Source of the DNA: Macrostomum lignano
Taxonomy: Eukaryota
DNA length: 64,000 bases
Direction: 5' to 3'
Assembly (NCBI GenBank): GCA_002269645.1
Contig: NIVC01002080.1
Location: 62,001 to 126,000, forward strand
Position 1 is the stretch's first letter, and the number at the start of each line of letters is the position of its first letter. The position numbers were made by a program, and so were the translations under genes. The notes beneath the pieces are model-generated. The model saw only the letters and a list, made by a program, of their open reading frames with translations. It was not told the DNA's origin and made no database searches. Shown here one piece after another: positions 22,158 to 33,938 of the stretch.

Positions 22158-23594
22158 TTCATAAACCCTAATTTTCACATCGTCAAAAAGTTGTGCACAG
22201 TATTTCATAAGCTCTAAATTTCACAACGTCGAAAACAAAATTTGCATCAGACTGCATAAACTATAAATTTCACAAGCCCTAAATTTCACAAGCCATACTT
22301 TTCATAAGACCTAAGTTTCACAACGTCGAAAAGTTGTGCACATAATTTCATAAGCTCTAAATTTCACAAGCTCTAAATTTCATAAGCCCTAAATTTCACA
22401 AGCTCTAAATTTCGCAAGCTCTAAATTTCACAAGCTCTAAATTTCATAAGCCCTAAATTTCACAAGCTCTAAATTTCATAAGCTCTAAATTTCACAAGCT
22501 CTAAATTTCACAAGCTCTAAATTTCACAAGCTCTAAATTTCACAAGCTCTAAATTTCACAAGCTCTAAATTTCGCAAGCTCTAAATTTCACAAGCTCTAA
22601 ATTTCACAAGCTCTAAATTTCACAAGCCCTAAATTTCACAACGCCTAAAAACACTATGGAGATACAATCTTTCACAAGACCTAAATTTCACAACGCCTAA
22701 AAACACTATGGAGATAGAATCTTTCAGACGTGCTTTTAGACGTTGTGAAATTTAGGTCTTGTGAAAGATTGTATCTCCATAGTGTTTTTAGGCGTTGTGA
22801 AATTTAGGTCTTGTGAAAGATTGTATCTCCATAGTGTTTTTAGGCGTTGTGAAATTTAGGTCTTGTGAAAGATTGTATCTCCATAGTGTTTTTAGGCGTT
22901 GTGAAATTTAGGTCTTGTGAAAGATTGTATCTCCATAGTGTTTTTAGGCGTTGTGAAATTTAGGTCTTGTGAAAGATTGTATCTCCATAGTGTTTTTAGG
23001 CGTTGTGAAATTTAGGTCTTGTGAAAGATTGTATCTCCATAGTGTTTTTAGGCGTTGTGAAATTTAGGTCTTGTGAAAGATTGTATCTCCATAGTGTTTT
23101 TAGGCGTTGTGAAATTTAGGTCTTGTGAAAGATTGTATCTCCATAGTGTTTTTAGGCGTTGTGAAATTTAGGTCTTGTGAAAGATTGTATCTCCATAGTG
23201 TTTTTAGGCGTTGTGAAATTTAGGTCTTGTGAAAGATTGTATCTCCATAGTGTTTTTAGGCGTTGTGAAATTTAGGTCTTGTGAAAGATTGTATCTCCAT
23301 AGTGTTTTTAGGCGTTGTGAAATTTAGAGCTTGTGAAATTTAGAGCTTGTGAAATTTAGAGCTTGTGAAATTTAGAGCTTGTGAAAATAGAAGCAAATTT
23401 AATTTTCGACGTTGTGATATTTAGGTTTTGTGAAATTTAGGGTTTGTGAAATTTAGAGATAGTGAAATTTAGGGCTTTTGAAATTCTGTGCATGCCTTTT
23501 AGGTGTTATGAAATTTAGGGCTTGTGAAATTTAGGTCTTGTGAAATCTGCTGCATTGCTTATTTTCGACGTTGTGAAAATTAGGGTTTATGAAA
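22158..23594. mobile_element. Foldback-like element: long inverted arms built from 17-bp and 52-bp subrepeats
   Basis: Left arm (aaatttcacaagctct)n is inverted at 23315-23594; termini tttcataaaccctaattttcaca / tgtgaaaattagggtttatgaaa; the 52-bp unit occurs 2x left and ~11x inverted right of the centre near 22735. No ORF. Confidence 0.8.
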
Positions 23595-23809
23595 CGACCC
23601 TAATTCCAAAACTACTACATGTACATGTGTTACTTCGAACAGATGAATTCAAATTGAAACTGTTTTATTTCGGCGAATTTGGAAAAATCTGATTTTATTT
23701 TTTTTTAAAATAGGAAGACCGTCTTTTCACTAGTAGCGTAGCCAAGGGGAGAGGGTTATAGAGGGATCATGAAATACCAGGCAGCGTACCAATAAAATTT
23801 ACCAATAAA

Positions 23810-24349
23810 ACGCCGGACTGTGCGTCAGGGACACTGGACTGGGGTCAGGGACACTTGACTGGACATCAGGGACACTGGACTAGGCGCCAAGGACACTAAA
23901 CTGGGCTTCAGACAGGGACACTATTAGAATCATCTGGACACTAAACTGGGCTTCAGGCAGGGACACTATTAGAATCATCAGGACACTAAACTGGGCTTCA
24001 GACAGGGACACTACTAGAATCATCAGGACACTAAACTGGGCTTCAGACAGGGACACTACTAGAATCATCAGGACACTAAACTGGGCTTCAGACAGGGACA
24101 CTACTAGAATCATCAGGACACTAAAATGGGCTTCAGACAGGGACACTACTAGAATCATCAGGATACTAAACTGGGCTTCAGACAGGGACACTACTAGAAT
24201 CATCAGGACACTAAACTGGGCTTCAGACAGGGACACTACTAGAATCATCAGGACACTAAAAAAGCAGCAAGCCTGGTTAGACGGCAGCGGAAATGAATAC
24301 CCGAAGAGCACGAAAAAGCCATAGAACTCCAGCAGCATGCTCAGTATAG
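23810..24349 (-). pseudogene. Diverged duplicate of the Got1 exon-3 end plus intron-3 repeats
   Basis: 24262-24349 aligns by eye to 26790-26877 (MLLEFYGFFVLF + gtattc); followed by the same 45-bp and 21-bp repeats as 26420-26790. Confidence 0.8.
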
Positions 24350-24372
24350 ACTACGCAACTGCCGTCTAAAAG

Positions 24373-24710
24373 CATGGATGAATGAATAGAATGGATTGCT
24401 ATTCTGGCTCTGACTATTTTCGTTTTTGACTCTTTTGCATCCGGTTCCCCCCGTGCCTTTTCATTGGTTGATGATTGCCATAGACAATTGTCAGTTACTT
24501 GCAGAGAATATCGAGCGCTCGTAGGTCTTCCCCCTTTATTTCAAAACACGAGCGAAAGCGCTTGTGCATCGAAAGAAAGGGGCGAAGGCCGAAAATTGTC
24601 TATGGCAATCATCAACCAATGAAAAGGCACGGGGGGAACCAGATGCAAAAGAGTCAAAAACGAAAACAGCCAGAGCCAGAATAGCAATCCATTCCATTCA
24701 CTCATCCATG
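24373..24710. mobile_element. 338-bp MITE with ~115-bp TIRs and 8-bp TSD (hAT or P superfamily)
   Basis: TSD tctaaaag at 24365-24372 and 24711-24718; termini CATGGATG...CATCCATG; TIRs 24373-24490 and 24594-24710. Confidence 0.9.
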
Positions 24711-26139
24711 TCTAAAAGCAGTTCACTATTGCTCAAAAATCAATTTCATAGTAAAACTGTCAATCCCAACAGATGTTTGAAGGTTTTCTTTTTGCTTTCG
24801 AGCTTATGCAGCAGAAAAAATGCAACTAATCTTATCGGTCCAATGTATTTTTGTCTAGCTGTCAAGAACATAACCCGGCTCTCGCCTTGTTGCAAAGCAT
24901 TCTACTAAAGTTGAAACATCCGTTTAGAAAACGAAAACATTACGATTTTTCCTATTTAAAGTAGTATTTCTTGAAATTTAAGTCTGACTTAAAAAAAATC
25001 TGTGCATACCGCACGAGTCAAAGCAGTTTGTTATAAAGGTTAAACAGCTGGGGGAACGTAAAGCCCAACACCGAAATCGCAGTACTGGCAATGATTAGAG
25101 AACACGTCAGCTCAGCTTACCTTAATAAACAGCGTCATTTTAAATATTATAACTATAGCTGTATAAGCTAGAAGCTACCAGGAATTGCCTTTCTCGAGAT
25201 CCTGCAATTTAGAAGTTGGTGGCAAACACATTTGCAGAAATCCTTGCAAGATGGTCTCAAGCGTTAATTAATGTTGAAAATCGGTGATACCAGTGTTCGA
25301 TATGAGAACATTTAATCTTAAATTAAATTTCGTTCCAGCATATAGATTTTGTCATTATATTTTTCATCGAAAGCAGAGCACTGAAATTTCAAATTCTACG
25401 TCTAGAATTAACACTGTAAGTAGGGAAGGCAGACAAATGATTTACAAAGTAATTTACGCTAAAAAACAGGTAGCTTCTTACGCGCATTGTTGTACACTAT
25501 GAATTTATATGATATCAGTTGACGTGTCAATTAATCAGGTAAAAACTGGCGTAGCAGAGACACTGCTACAGACTACAGAATAGGACTAGCAGAGAAATCA
25601 GTTATTACAGTATATTATTATTATGTTTATGTTGGCACCAGGGCTTACTTTGGTTAATTCTACAACTGTATACTAGCCCATCGAATTTATACAATGCACA
25701 AAATCTCCATCGCCCAAGGTACTTCTGGATGTCTAAATCGGAAGTACGCCAACTTTTTCGCACATTTTGACTACCAATGACAATTCACTAGGCCAGATGC
25801 CGATAGCAGTGCTCCACTTTGAATAGTAGTAGGGGCTACATATCAGTTATCCTAGCACTTGTAAATCCCCAACAGTTAATAGCCTTCAATTAATAATATA
25901 TGTGGAGAAATGTTGTCAACCCGCACCTGCTGCAGGTCTTCACCGAATCACTGCTTCATATGAAAGTAGAAGACTAGCCCATAAATATCGCGACATTGTC
26001 CCTCAAAAAACGCAAAATTTTAGACGAAATATTAGACGAAAGAAATTGAAATCAAGACAACGATTTGAAATAATGTCAGCCAAAAGAAAACTAGCAAAAG
26101 CAAAAAGCAACAAAACACGGAAGCAACAGGCCAAGCAGC

Positions 26140-28820
26140 TCATACTGGGTTTCTTGCGGTCCGCCACTTGTCCAGCATCTGAAAAAAGATTGGAAATTCG
26201 ATTGGTAATTCAGTTTCGTTATTTTTTTCTGACAAGCCAAAATAAATCAAAGCATAACTCATAGGATGCTCTCTAGCCCATAATAAAGATATTACTCTTC
26301 TTTGGTTAAATAAAAAAGCAATTACTCACCGGACCAATAACTGGTACCCGCGACATAAAGTTGAGAACGACAGGAAAGAAGCCGCTGAAAAAAAGAAATA
26401 CTGTCAGCTGTACTTGCGTTACTGACACTGGACTGGCGTCAGGGACACTGGACCCCCCTGGACTGGGCGTCAAGGACACTGAACTGGCACAAGGGACACT
26501 GGAATGGACATCAAGGACACTGAACTGGCGTCAGAGACACTGGACTGGGCGTCAGGGACGCTGGACTGGGCGTCAGGGACACTGAACTGGGGTCAGGGAC
26601 ACTGGACTAGGCGCCAAGGACACTAAACTGGGCTTCAGACAGGGACACTGCTAGAATCATTAGGACACGAAACTGGGCTTCAGGCAGGGACACTACTAGA
26701 ATCATCAGGACACTAAACTGGGCTTCAGGCAGGGACACTACCAGAATCATCAGGACACTAAACTGGGCTTCAGACAGGGACACTAAAATGGCAGCAAGCC
26801 TGGTTAGATGGCATCGGAAATGAATACCTGAAGAGCACGAAGAAGCCGTAGAACTCCAGCAGCATGCCCAGTATAGGTGAAACAAACAATACAATTAGAA
26901 TGCCGCCAAAAAAGAAGGCTGTGCCTTTCAGCTTTTCTAGCTTAAAGAAGAAGTGAAATGTGCGCTCCAGACCAATTACAAAACAAATACCAGAGAGGAA
27001 CAGAATCTGAAATATGTAGTTTGGTTTAAAAAGTAATTTACATCAACAAAACACAGAAAAAATTAAAGCAAGCATAAAGCACTGAAGCTTGCTCACATTG
27101 CCTATTGCAAGCAGCCCACGGTCAAAGAATAGCAGCATGCCCAAGAAGACAAACACTGATCCAAAGCCAGATAGGCCAATCCCAATCTCTAAAATGTTTA
27201 AACAAAGTGATTTGTTAATATTTGTATGCATATTTTATACCTAATTAATTTGAATATTCCATTAATACAAAGAAAAATGGCATAACATTGACCCTGGCTA
27301 TTAAATATTTTTGGATTAATACTATAAAAGTTTTATAATAAGATTACAATTTTAATCAGATAATATTGGACTCTAAATCTTGACAGAACCTATCCAATTT
27401 GCTTATAAAAAATATTTTTTTGTTTACTTACTTTCCTTAGGTCTAAATTAGGGATGCCAAAAAAGGATATTAGCTATTCAAATAATTCAATATAGTAGTC
27501 TAAAAGTACAATGAAAATATTAGTCTAAAGAGATTTAGGGAGATAAAGTAACATAGCATATGTATATATTAATAAAAACCTTTCTAGTAAGAAAAATATA
27601 CATTTGATAAGTAGCCTATATCAATGCAAATATTATAGTAGCATTTGCACTATAGAAAAATTAATAGTCTGAAAAATCTTACTTATAAATGCTTAGTAGG
27701 AAAAAAGCTATTTAAGAATTTTCTTGGATTAATTATAATATTTATATTTAGTACAAAGAGATTCTTTGCTACAATATATTATATTATTGGAGTGAATTAA
27801 TCATTACATTAATTAATGCAAATGATGTAACTCACTGGGATGAGTTACAGTCACTCACTGGGATGACCAGTGAGTGACAGTAGGGGATGACCAGTGAGTG
27901 TAATGTAATGTAACTAATCATTACATTAATGATTAATAACTAGATTGAATAGATATATGAGTATATATACCTATATTATATATCAAAAATAAAATATTTC
28001 TAATATTTGCTATATAAACTATAATTAGACTTTTAAAAAGGTTTTAAATCACAAAGGGAACCTTACAATGGCGCACCCTGACAATATCAAGATAAAACTC
28101 AAGATCAATATCAAGAAGAATTTTTCTATCTTGGTACAAACAGAATAGATCAAGATCTATTATATAATATTATAAACAGATAACATTAAGATTAAGACAG
28201 ATAAAATTATATTATATTATAAACAGATTAAATAATATTATAAAATAAGACAATAACCTATATTAAATGCAAAGAAGTTTTTAATTATAGAGAAAGCTAT
28301 TAATTTTTAGGATGAAAATAAAATAGACTAAACTAGATCTAAACTAGGCCTTAAATTAGATTAAAAACACATTCTATTTATCCAGTGACTATATACTTAA
28401 TTTAGTGATAGAGAAATATATACTTTAACTTGTCATAGGCCTATAGATAATATTTGTTGCCAACATAGAAGAGAATATTAAAAATACATTAGAATTATAG
28501 CCATGGCTGCCATGCCTTAAGTGTAGAAATCTAGACAACTCTAGAACTCTACTATCAATTTATGTGCCATATCTCTAATTCCTTTAAGTTCTCAAAAAAT
28601 TTCAATTCTAGGCCTATAAAAGATAAAAAATGACACCAGCAAGAATAGTAATAAGCTATAAACACGCAAAAGTAAATCTGCTTTCACAAAGCTTACTAAA
28701 ATGATGAAGTCTACAATACAAAACACACCATAAGACAAATTAATCAAGGTTTTATAAAGAAATTGCAAAACCTGATATAAAAAACTTACTTTGCAAATCA
28801 GTTATTCCTGTAGTGAACAT
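26140..28820 (-). CDS. GOLT1B: Got1/GOLT1 vesicle transport protein
   Basis: Exons 28820-28790 (MFTTGITDLQ), 27188-27097 (KIGIGLSGFG...FDRGLLAIGN), 27006-26828 (ILFLSG..IGLERTFHFFF..GMLLEFYGFFVLF), 26384-26330 (SGFFPVVLNFMSRVPVIGP), 26178-26140 (MLDKWRTARNPV stop); phases compatible. Confidence 0.92.
26420..26790. repeat. 21-bp (gggcgtcagggacactggact) plus 45-bp minisatellites in Got1 intron 3
   Basis: About 9 x 21-bp and about 3.5 x 45-bp units. Confidence 0.85.
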
Positions 28821-30545
28821 ATTCATACCACTGATTTATAAAAAAATTCCTGTATGATGCTACGATGGCTTTAGATGATAATTAAACAAATACAATTAAA
28901 TTAAACATTAAACTTTGTGCCACGTCATCAGCCACGCTTAAAATAATCTGTTAAAAGCGCTAAAAGTATCGATTTTGAAATGATGCCACAGCTTGTTTAA
29001 TGTAAAAAGCAAGGATTAAAACAAGAGGCAGCAATATTTCAGAAACAAATAAAAGAGACATGCAAACATACATATTTTATATTAATATTACTTTTTTTAC
29101 TTACGCATTGAACAGTTGTAAGATATTTTCAATGGATTGTGTCTGTCAATAGTTAATTCGTTATTAAAAAGGAAGCACAAATAACTATGTGTGAAATTTG
29201 TATTGTATTGGTATTGATATTTGTAATGGCCTACTGGCTTAGATTTACGAATAAAGCCAGTGAATTTGCTTTTGTTTCTGAATAGTCTTTTCAAATAATA
29301 ATTTTTTTTATTTTAAATATCTCGCCTTGGTTATGATTAGATTCTAATTTGCAGAACTGAATCCAGATGTAAAAAATATATATCGGGATTAAACTTAGGG
29401 ATCGATTTACATCCCGCGAAGCAAACGTATTTTGAATGCTATTTCACAACATTGAAGCAATTCGATACTGGGTCGCTGCAGAAAGGCGTATACCTGATTG
29501 TGCGTTCTAGTGATTATGTATAAGCCAACGAAAATTACAAGTTACTTAAAAGCGTGTTCATTTTAACAGCAACTTGCAAGCGACCTCTTGCCCGTCTAGA
29601 GTGTTGCAGAGTTGATAGTTATATTTTAGCAATTATATATTTTAGCAATTATATTTTAGCAACACTATTATTATCGATGCACAATCAGCGGAATGCATAC
29701 GAAAGGCATAAAGGTTACACAAGCTGATATTATATAATATATGATGGCAATTATAAAAAGCGTAATTAAAACCAATGAGTTATGATTAGTACAGCACTTA
29801 GTACAGTAAATGAATATTCAATAATCAATGTTACTAAACAAATGTGCACCAGATCGAGCAAGTCAAACAAAAAACGGTTGAGTAATTAGCAGACTATAAA
29901 AGGCAATCAAAACTTTACAAAAACATTGCTCACAGCTTCGCGGATAAGTTGATTCCAGCGATAACAATCAAAGTTTGAAAAAAACGTTTCGTAAAATTTA
30001 TAAATTTCACATAAAACAGTGGAATGTTTTTCAATTTTATTGCTTGTAAACACTAGGGGAATGCTTTTTGTTGCTAGGAAAAAGCTACTATTTAGATTAA
30101 AACATAGTTAAAAAGTACGGTATTATAGCACGTGAATTATATATGGTTGTAACTGTGCGATAAATACCTGTAGTGGCGACGAATTCATAGTAAAAAAATT
30201 ATTATAAATAAAACAGGAGAGAAACCTAGGCAGAGAAACAGGCAATTCTTGTAGCACGCGCTGTAGAGAAACAAAAGCGTCAAACAAGGCTGGATTCGTT
30301 TTATTATTACAGGTAATAATGTAAAAAAACGAAGTGACTCAATTTCAAAGAGTACGCATCCATCGGAATAGTCCGTTAGCTAAACTTTAGCTAAACTAAC
30401 CTTTAAAGCACCATAGATTCTTAACTTGTATTTGCCCCCTCAGTCCAATCAGTATACATAACATAGAACACAAAACCTTAGAAGTTAGCAAATCCGTGAA
30501 TCACAAATCACTGAACCATACAGACAGAACGATAAGAGACACAAT

Positions 30546-33500
30546 TCAGGCTTGAGCATAGTACTCGGAGCCAGCGTAGGACACCTGGCCATAATTGGGG
30601 TCATTAACCGGTACGCCCTGATACTGAAAGCCCAGCGCTATGCCGCCAGCCTCGTTCGGATCCTTGGCCTCCGGGTTGGCCAGCTCTTGCGAAATTTCGC
30701 AAGCGTATGAATAGAATACGATGCAGAAGCCCACCTGGCGATGAGGTTCATCAGGATTTGTCTATAGCTGCGACTGGGCAGCAGATTGCCAGTACAATGA
30801 TCCGTGAGTGAGGATGACCAGTGAGTGACAGTAGGGGATGACCAGTGAGTGACAGTAGGGGATGACCAGTGAGTGACAGTAGGGGATGACCAGTGAGTGA
30901 CAGTAGGGGATGACCAATGAGTGACAGTAGGGGATGAGCAGTGAGTGACAGTAGGGGATGACCAATGAGTGACAGTAGGGGATGAGCAGTGAGTGACAGT
31001 AGGGGATGACCAGTGAGTGACAGTAGGGGATGACCAGTGAGTGACAGTAGGGGATGACCAGTGAGTGACAGTAGGGGATGACCAGTGAGTGACAGTAGGG
31101 GATGACCAGTGAGTGACAGTAGAGGATGACCAGTGAGTGACAGTAGGGGATGACCAGTGAGTGACAGTAGGGGATGACCAGTGAGTGACAGTAGAAGATG
31201 ACCAGTGAGTGACAGTAGGGGATGACCAGTGAGTGACAGTAGAGGATGACCAGTGATTGACAGTAGGGGATGACCAGTGAGTGACAGTAGGGGATGACCA
31301 GCGAGTGACAGTAGGGGATGACCAGCGAGTGACAGTAGGGGATGACCAGCGAGTGACAGTAGGGGATGACCAGCGAGTGACAGTAGGGGATGACCAGTGA
31401 GTGACAGTAGGGGATGACCAGTGAGTGACAGTAGGGGATGACCAGCGAGTGACAGTAGGGGATGACTCAGTGAGTGACAGTAGGAAAATAGGGAATCAAA
31501 GGGTATCCAGCGGGGCACATTGCGCACAAAGCTTACATTACAAAAGAAACGAATCAGGTAGAACATGTTCCTCCACACCAGGAACGGTAGGCGCTGAAAT
31601 GCATGTTGAATTTGAAGATGATCAATTTTGCCTATCATGAAAAATCGCATTCTCAATATTGTCAACAAGTTTACATTCATAACTCACCCATCCAGCTAGG
31701 CCGTACCAGGAGAAAACGTAGCAGCTGATGCCCAGCTCAATTAGAATGTATAAAATCATAGTGACGTACAGAACTCTTAAAGTCGGTAGTAGGTCATAGA
31801 TTTTCTGAAATTGAATGTGTGCCACTTAGTTAAAGATTTTGTTTTAAGTAAAAGTCTTCGAACTTTTTGCACCAAGTTATGGTATGTTCTTTGGATGAAG
31901 TAAAAATGCTCACAAATTTGTTAGGTCGCAGAATGGCAACAATGGTAAATATGCACAGGGCAATAATAATAACATGTGACAGAGTCATAATGCCATCGCA
32001 GATGGCAAAGCCCTTCCAAAACAGTCGCTTCCAAAAGCTGCGAAAGGCTCCATGAATCTCGAATTTAAGGTTTTCATCATAGGTTAGCCAGTCAAGGAAC
32101 ACAGTTATGGCTTCAACCAAAGCAGTAATCTAAAATGAGAGCAGTGTATTTCATAGAATTCAGGTATGCACTTGAAAAAAATATCAAAACAAAAGCAGTC
32201 ATTTCTTATTTATTAGACCTTTATAAGCCTAGGTACTTGATTAATAGGTCTGAATTGCACAACTTCTTTGTTGGTATTTCAAAACCTCTTGTGCCTCTTT
32301 CCCACCAACTTTTCTGTCAATAGACCTTGCTACCAGCTGAGGAGTTCTTCACTAGGCCAATTATCATAGAGGAGCAAAATGTTATATAAACTAAAAAAAT
32401 AGAATCATTTTTTATAAAGCTATGATCTTTTACACATTTACAATATACTTGCAAAAGAATTGTTAAACTATTTACTTAAGACTTTATACTATATAGTTTC
32501 TTATCTAAATAGTAAATAGTATTTAATAATAAATTTAAATAATTAAAATTTTCAAAACTTTATACTAAAATTCAGGTATATGTACACTATATCTTAAAAA
32601 CCATGCACTTACACTAAATGTATGTTAGCTATATACAACAATTATTATATATTCTTTTAAAGATCTTTCTATTTAAAAAAAGTAAAGAAAAAGCTAAAAA
32701 AGTTTTGTAAACATGAAAAAGGACCTATAATTTAAGTTGAAGTTTGGGATAGCATTGCAATTTTGTTCCATCATATATACCACACTCTAGATCATGTAGT
32801 ATATGCCCAAAAATTTGGGTGTGCATTGGGCTTGCATGCCAAAAGTAGGCATGCATAGTTGGCGTGCATCACTCCTAAAAAATACATCTGACATGCACTT
32901 TATAGAATCATGCAGAAGAGTTATTGTAAAGTAGAAAAAGGGTGAAAAAAGTTCATTTTTAAGCATAAACTTTCCACTTTCTGGGTTTTAAAGCTTGTAA
33001 TAAGGCATTTAAACAAATCTTTGTGTATATCAATTTTCCACTGTAAATAATAGTATCACCAAAAAGCAGAAAAATTAACCAAATTATCAGTCAAAAAGGG
33101 TTTATTATGCAATGAAGAAATGTCATTTATTGTCACAATATAAAAAGCTATTTATTGTCGCAACACTAGTAGAGTTTCAAGTATAGGCCTAGGTGTGTGA
33201 TCAATTTTTTCAGTGTGCATTTGTAACTGACAATTTTTGTTTAGGCTTGCACCTAGCTCCAGCATGATACAGACTATGGCATATATATCATGTGCAATAT
33301 TTTTTCTGGCATAGGCCTAAACTAGAATTTATGATAAGCCTTAAATTTCACATTTCATTAATAAGCATTTTATCTACTTAGCAGATAAACTGTCAGCAGA
33401 CAAATAAACTAGAACTACAATCTACATATGTGTGTTGCCAATAGAAATGGCCAGGTTATTCTTAAGGTTGCACAGTTGTGGACACAATGTGTAATAGATT

Positions 33501-33938
33501 TGGGTATAAGGCAAAATTAATAGCAGAGATAATAAAGTAAATAAAGTAAAAAAAGATTTTAGGGGTATAAAGATCTAGGCTATTGTCACTTACTAGTCAC
33601 ATGCAAAGAAAAAGATGCCAGAAACTAATAGTATTTAGTTTCAATAGACTGTGAATGTCAATAACAGAATGCTATAAGCCTGATATTAGGCTATCTATAT
33701 TCTATATGACTATAGTGACCATAAGGGCATAAGGCATAAGGAAAATTTTGAACAAAAAATAAACTTCTACTAGACGTACTTCTATTTGCTCGACTATATT
33801 GCTCTGCATACAAATGTCAATACTTACAGTTATGATAATGCAGCCAACAAAAGTGCCCATTCGATTATCAAAGCAAAAACACTTTTTTAATGGTAAAATA
33901 GGCTCTACATCATCTCTCTTCCGTAGTTTCCAGCCCAT
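30546..33938 (-). CDS. Uncharacterised ~229-aa four-pass membrane protein (LAPTM/DUF4728-like topology)
   Basis: Exons 33938-33828, 32129-31914, 31804-31688, 31593-31537, 30734-30546; all phase 0 with GT-AG. N-terminal CFCFDNRMGT precedes TM1; four hydrophobic segments; Tyr/Gly/Pro-rich tail. Family assignment is inference. Confidence 0.8.
30805..31480. repeat. 24-bp intronic minisatellite (gtgagtgacagtaggggatgacca)
   Basis: About 28 units with an 8-aa periodic ORF. Confidence 0.95.
33421..33476. mobile_element. Fragment matching the right TIR of the 12887-13397 MITE
   Basis: tgtgtgttgccaatagaaatggcc...aaggttgc matches 13351-13397. Confidence 0.55.
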
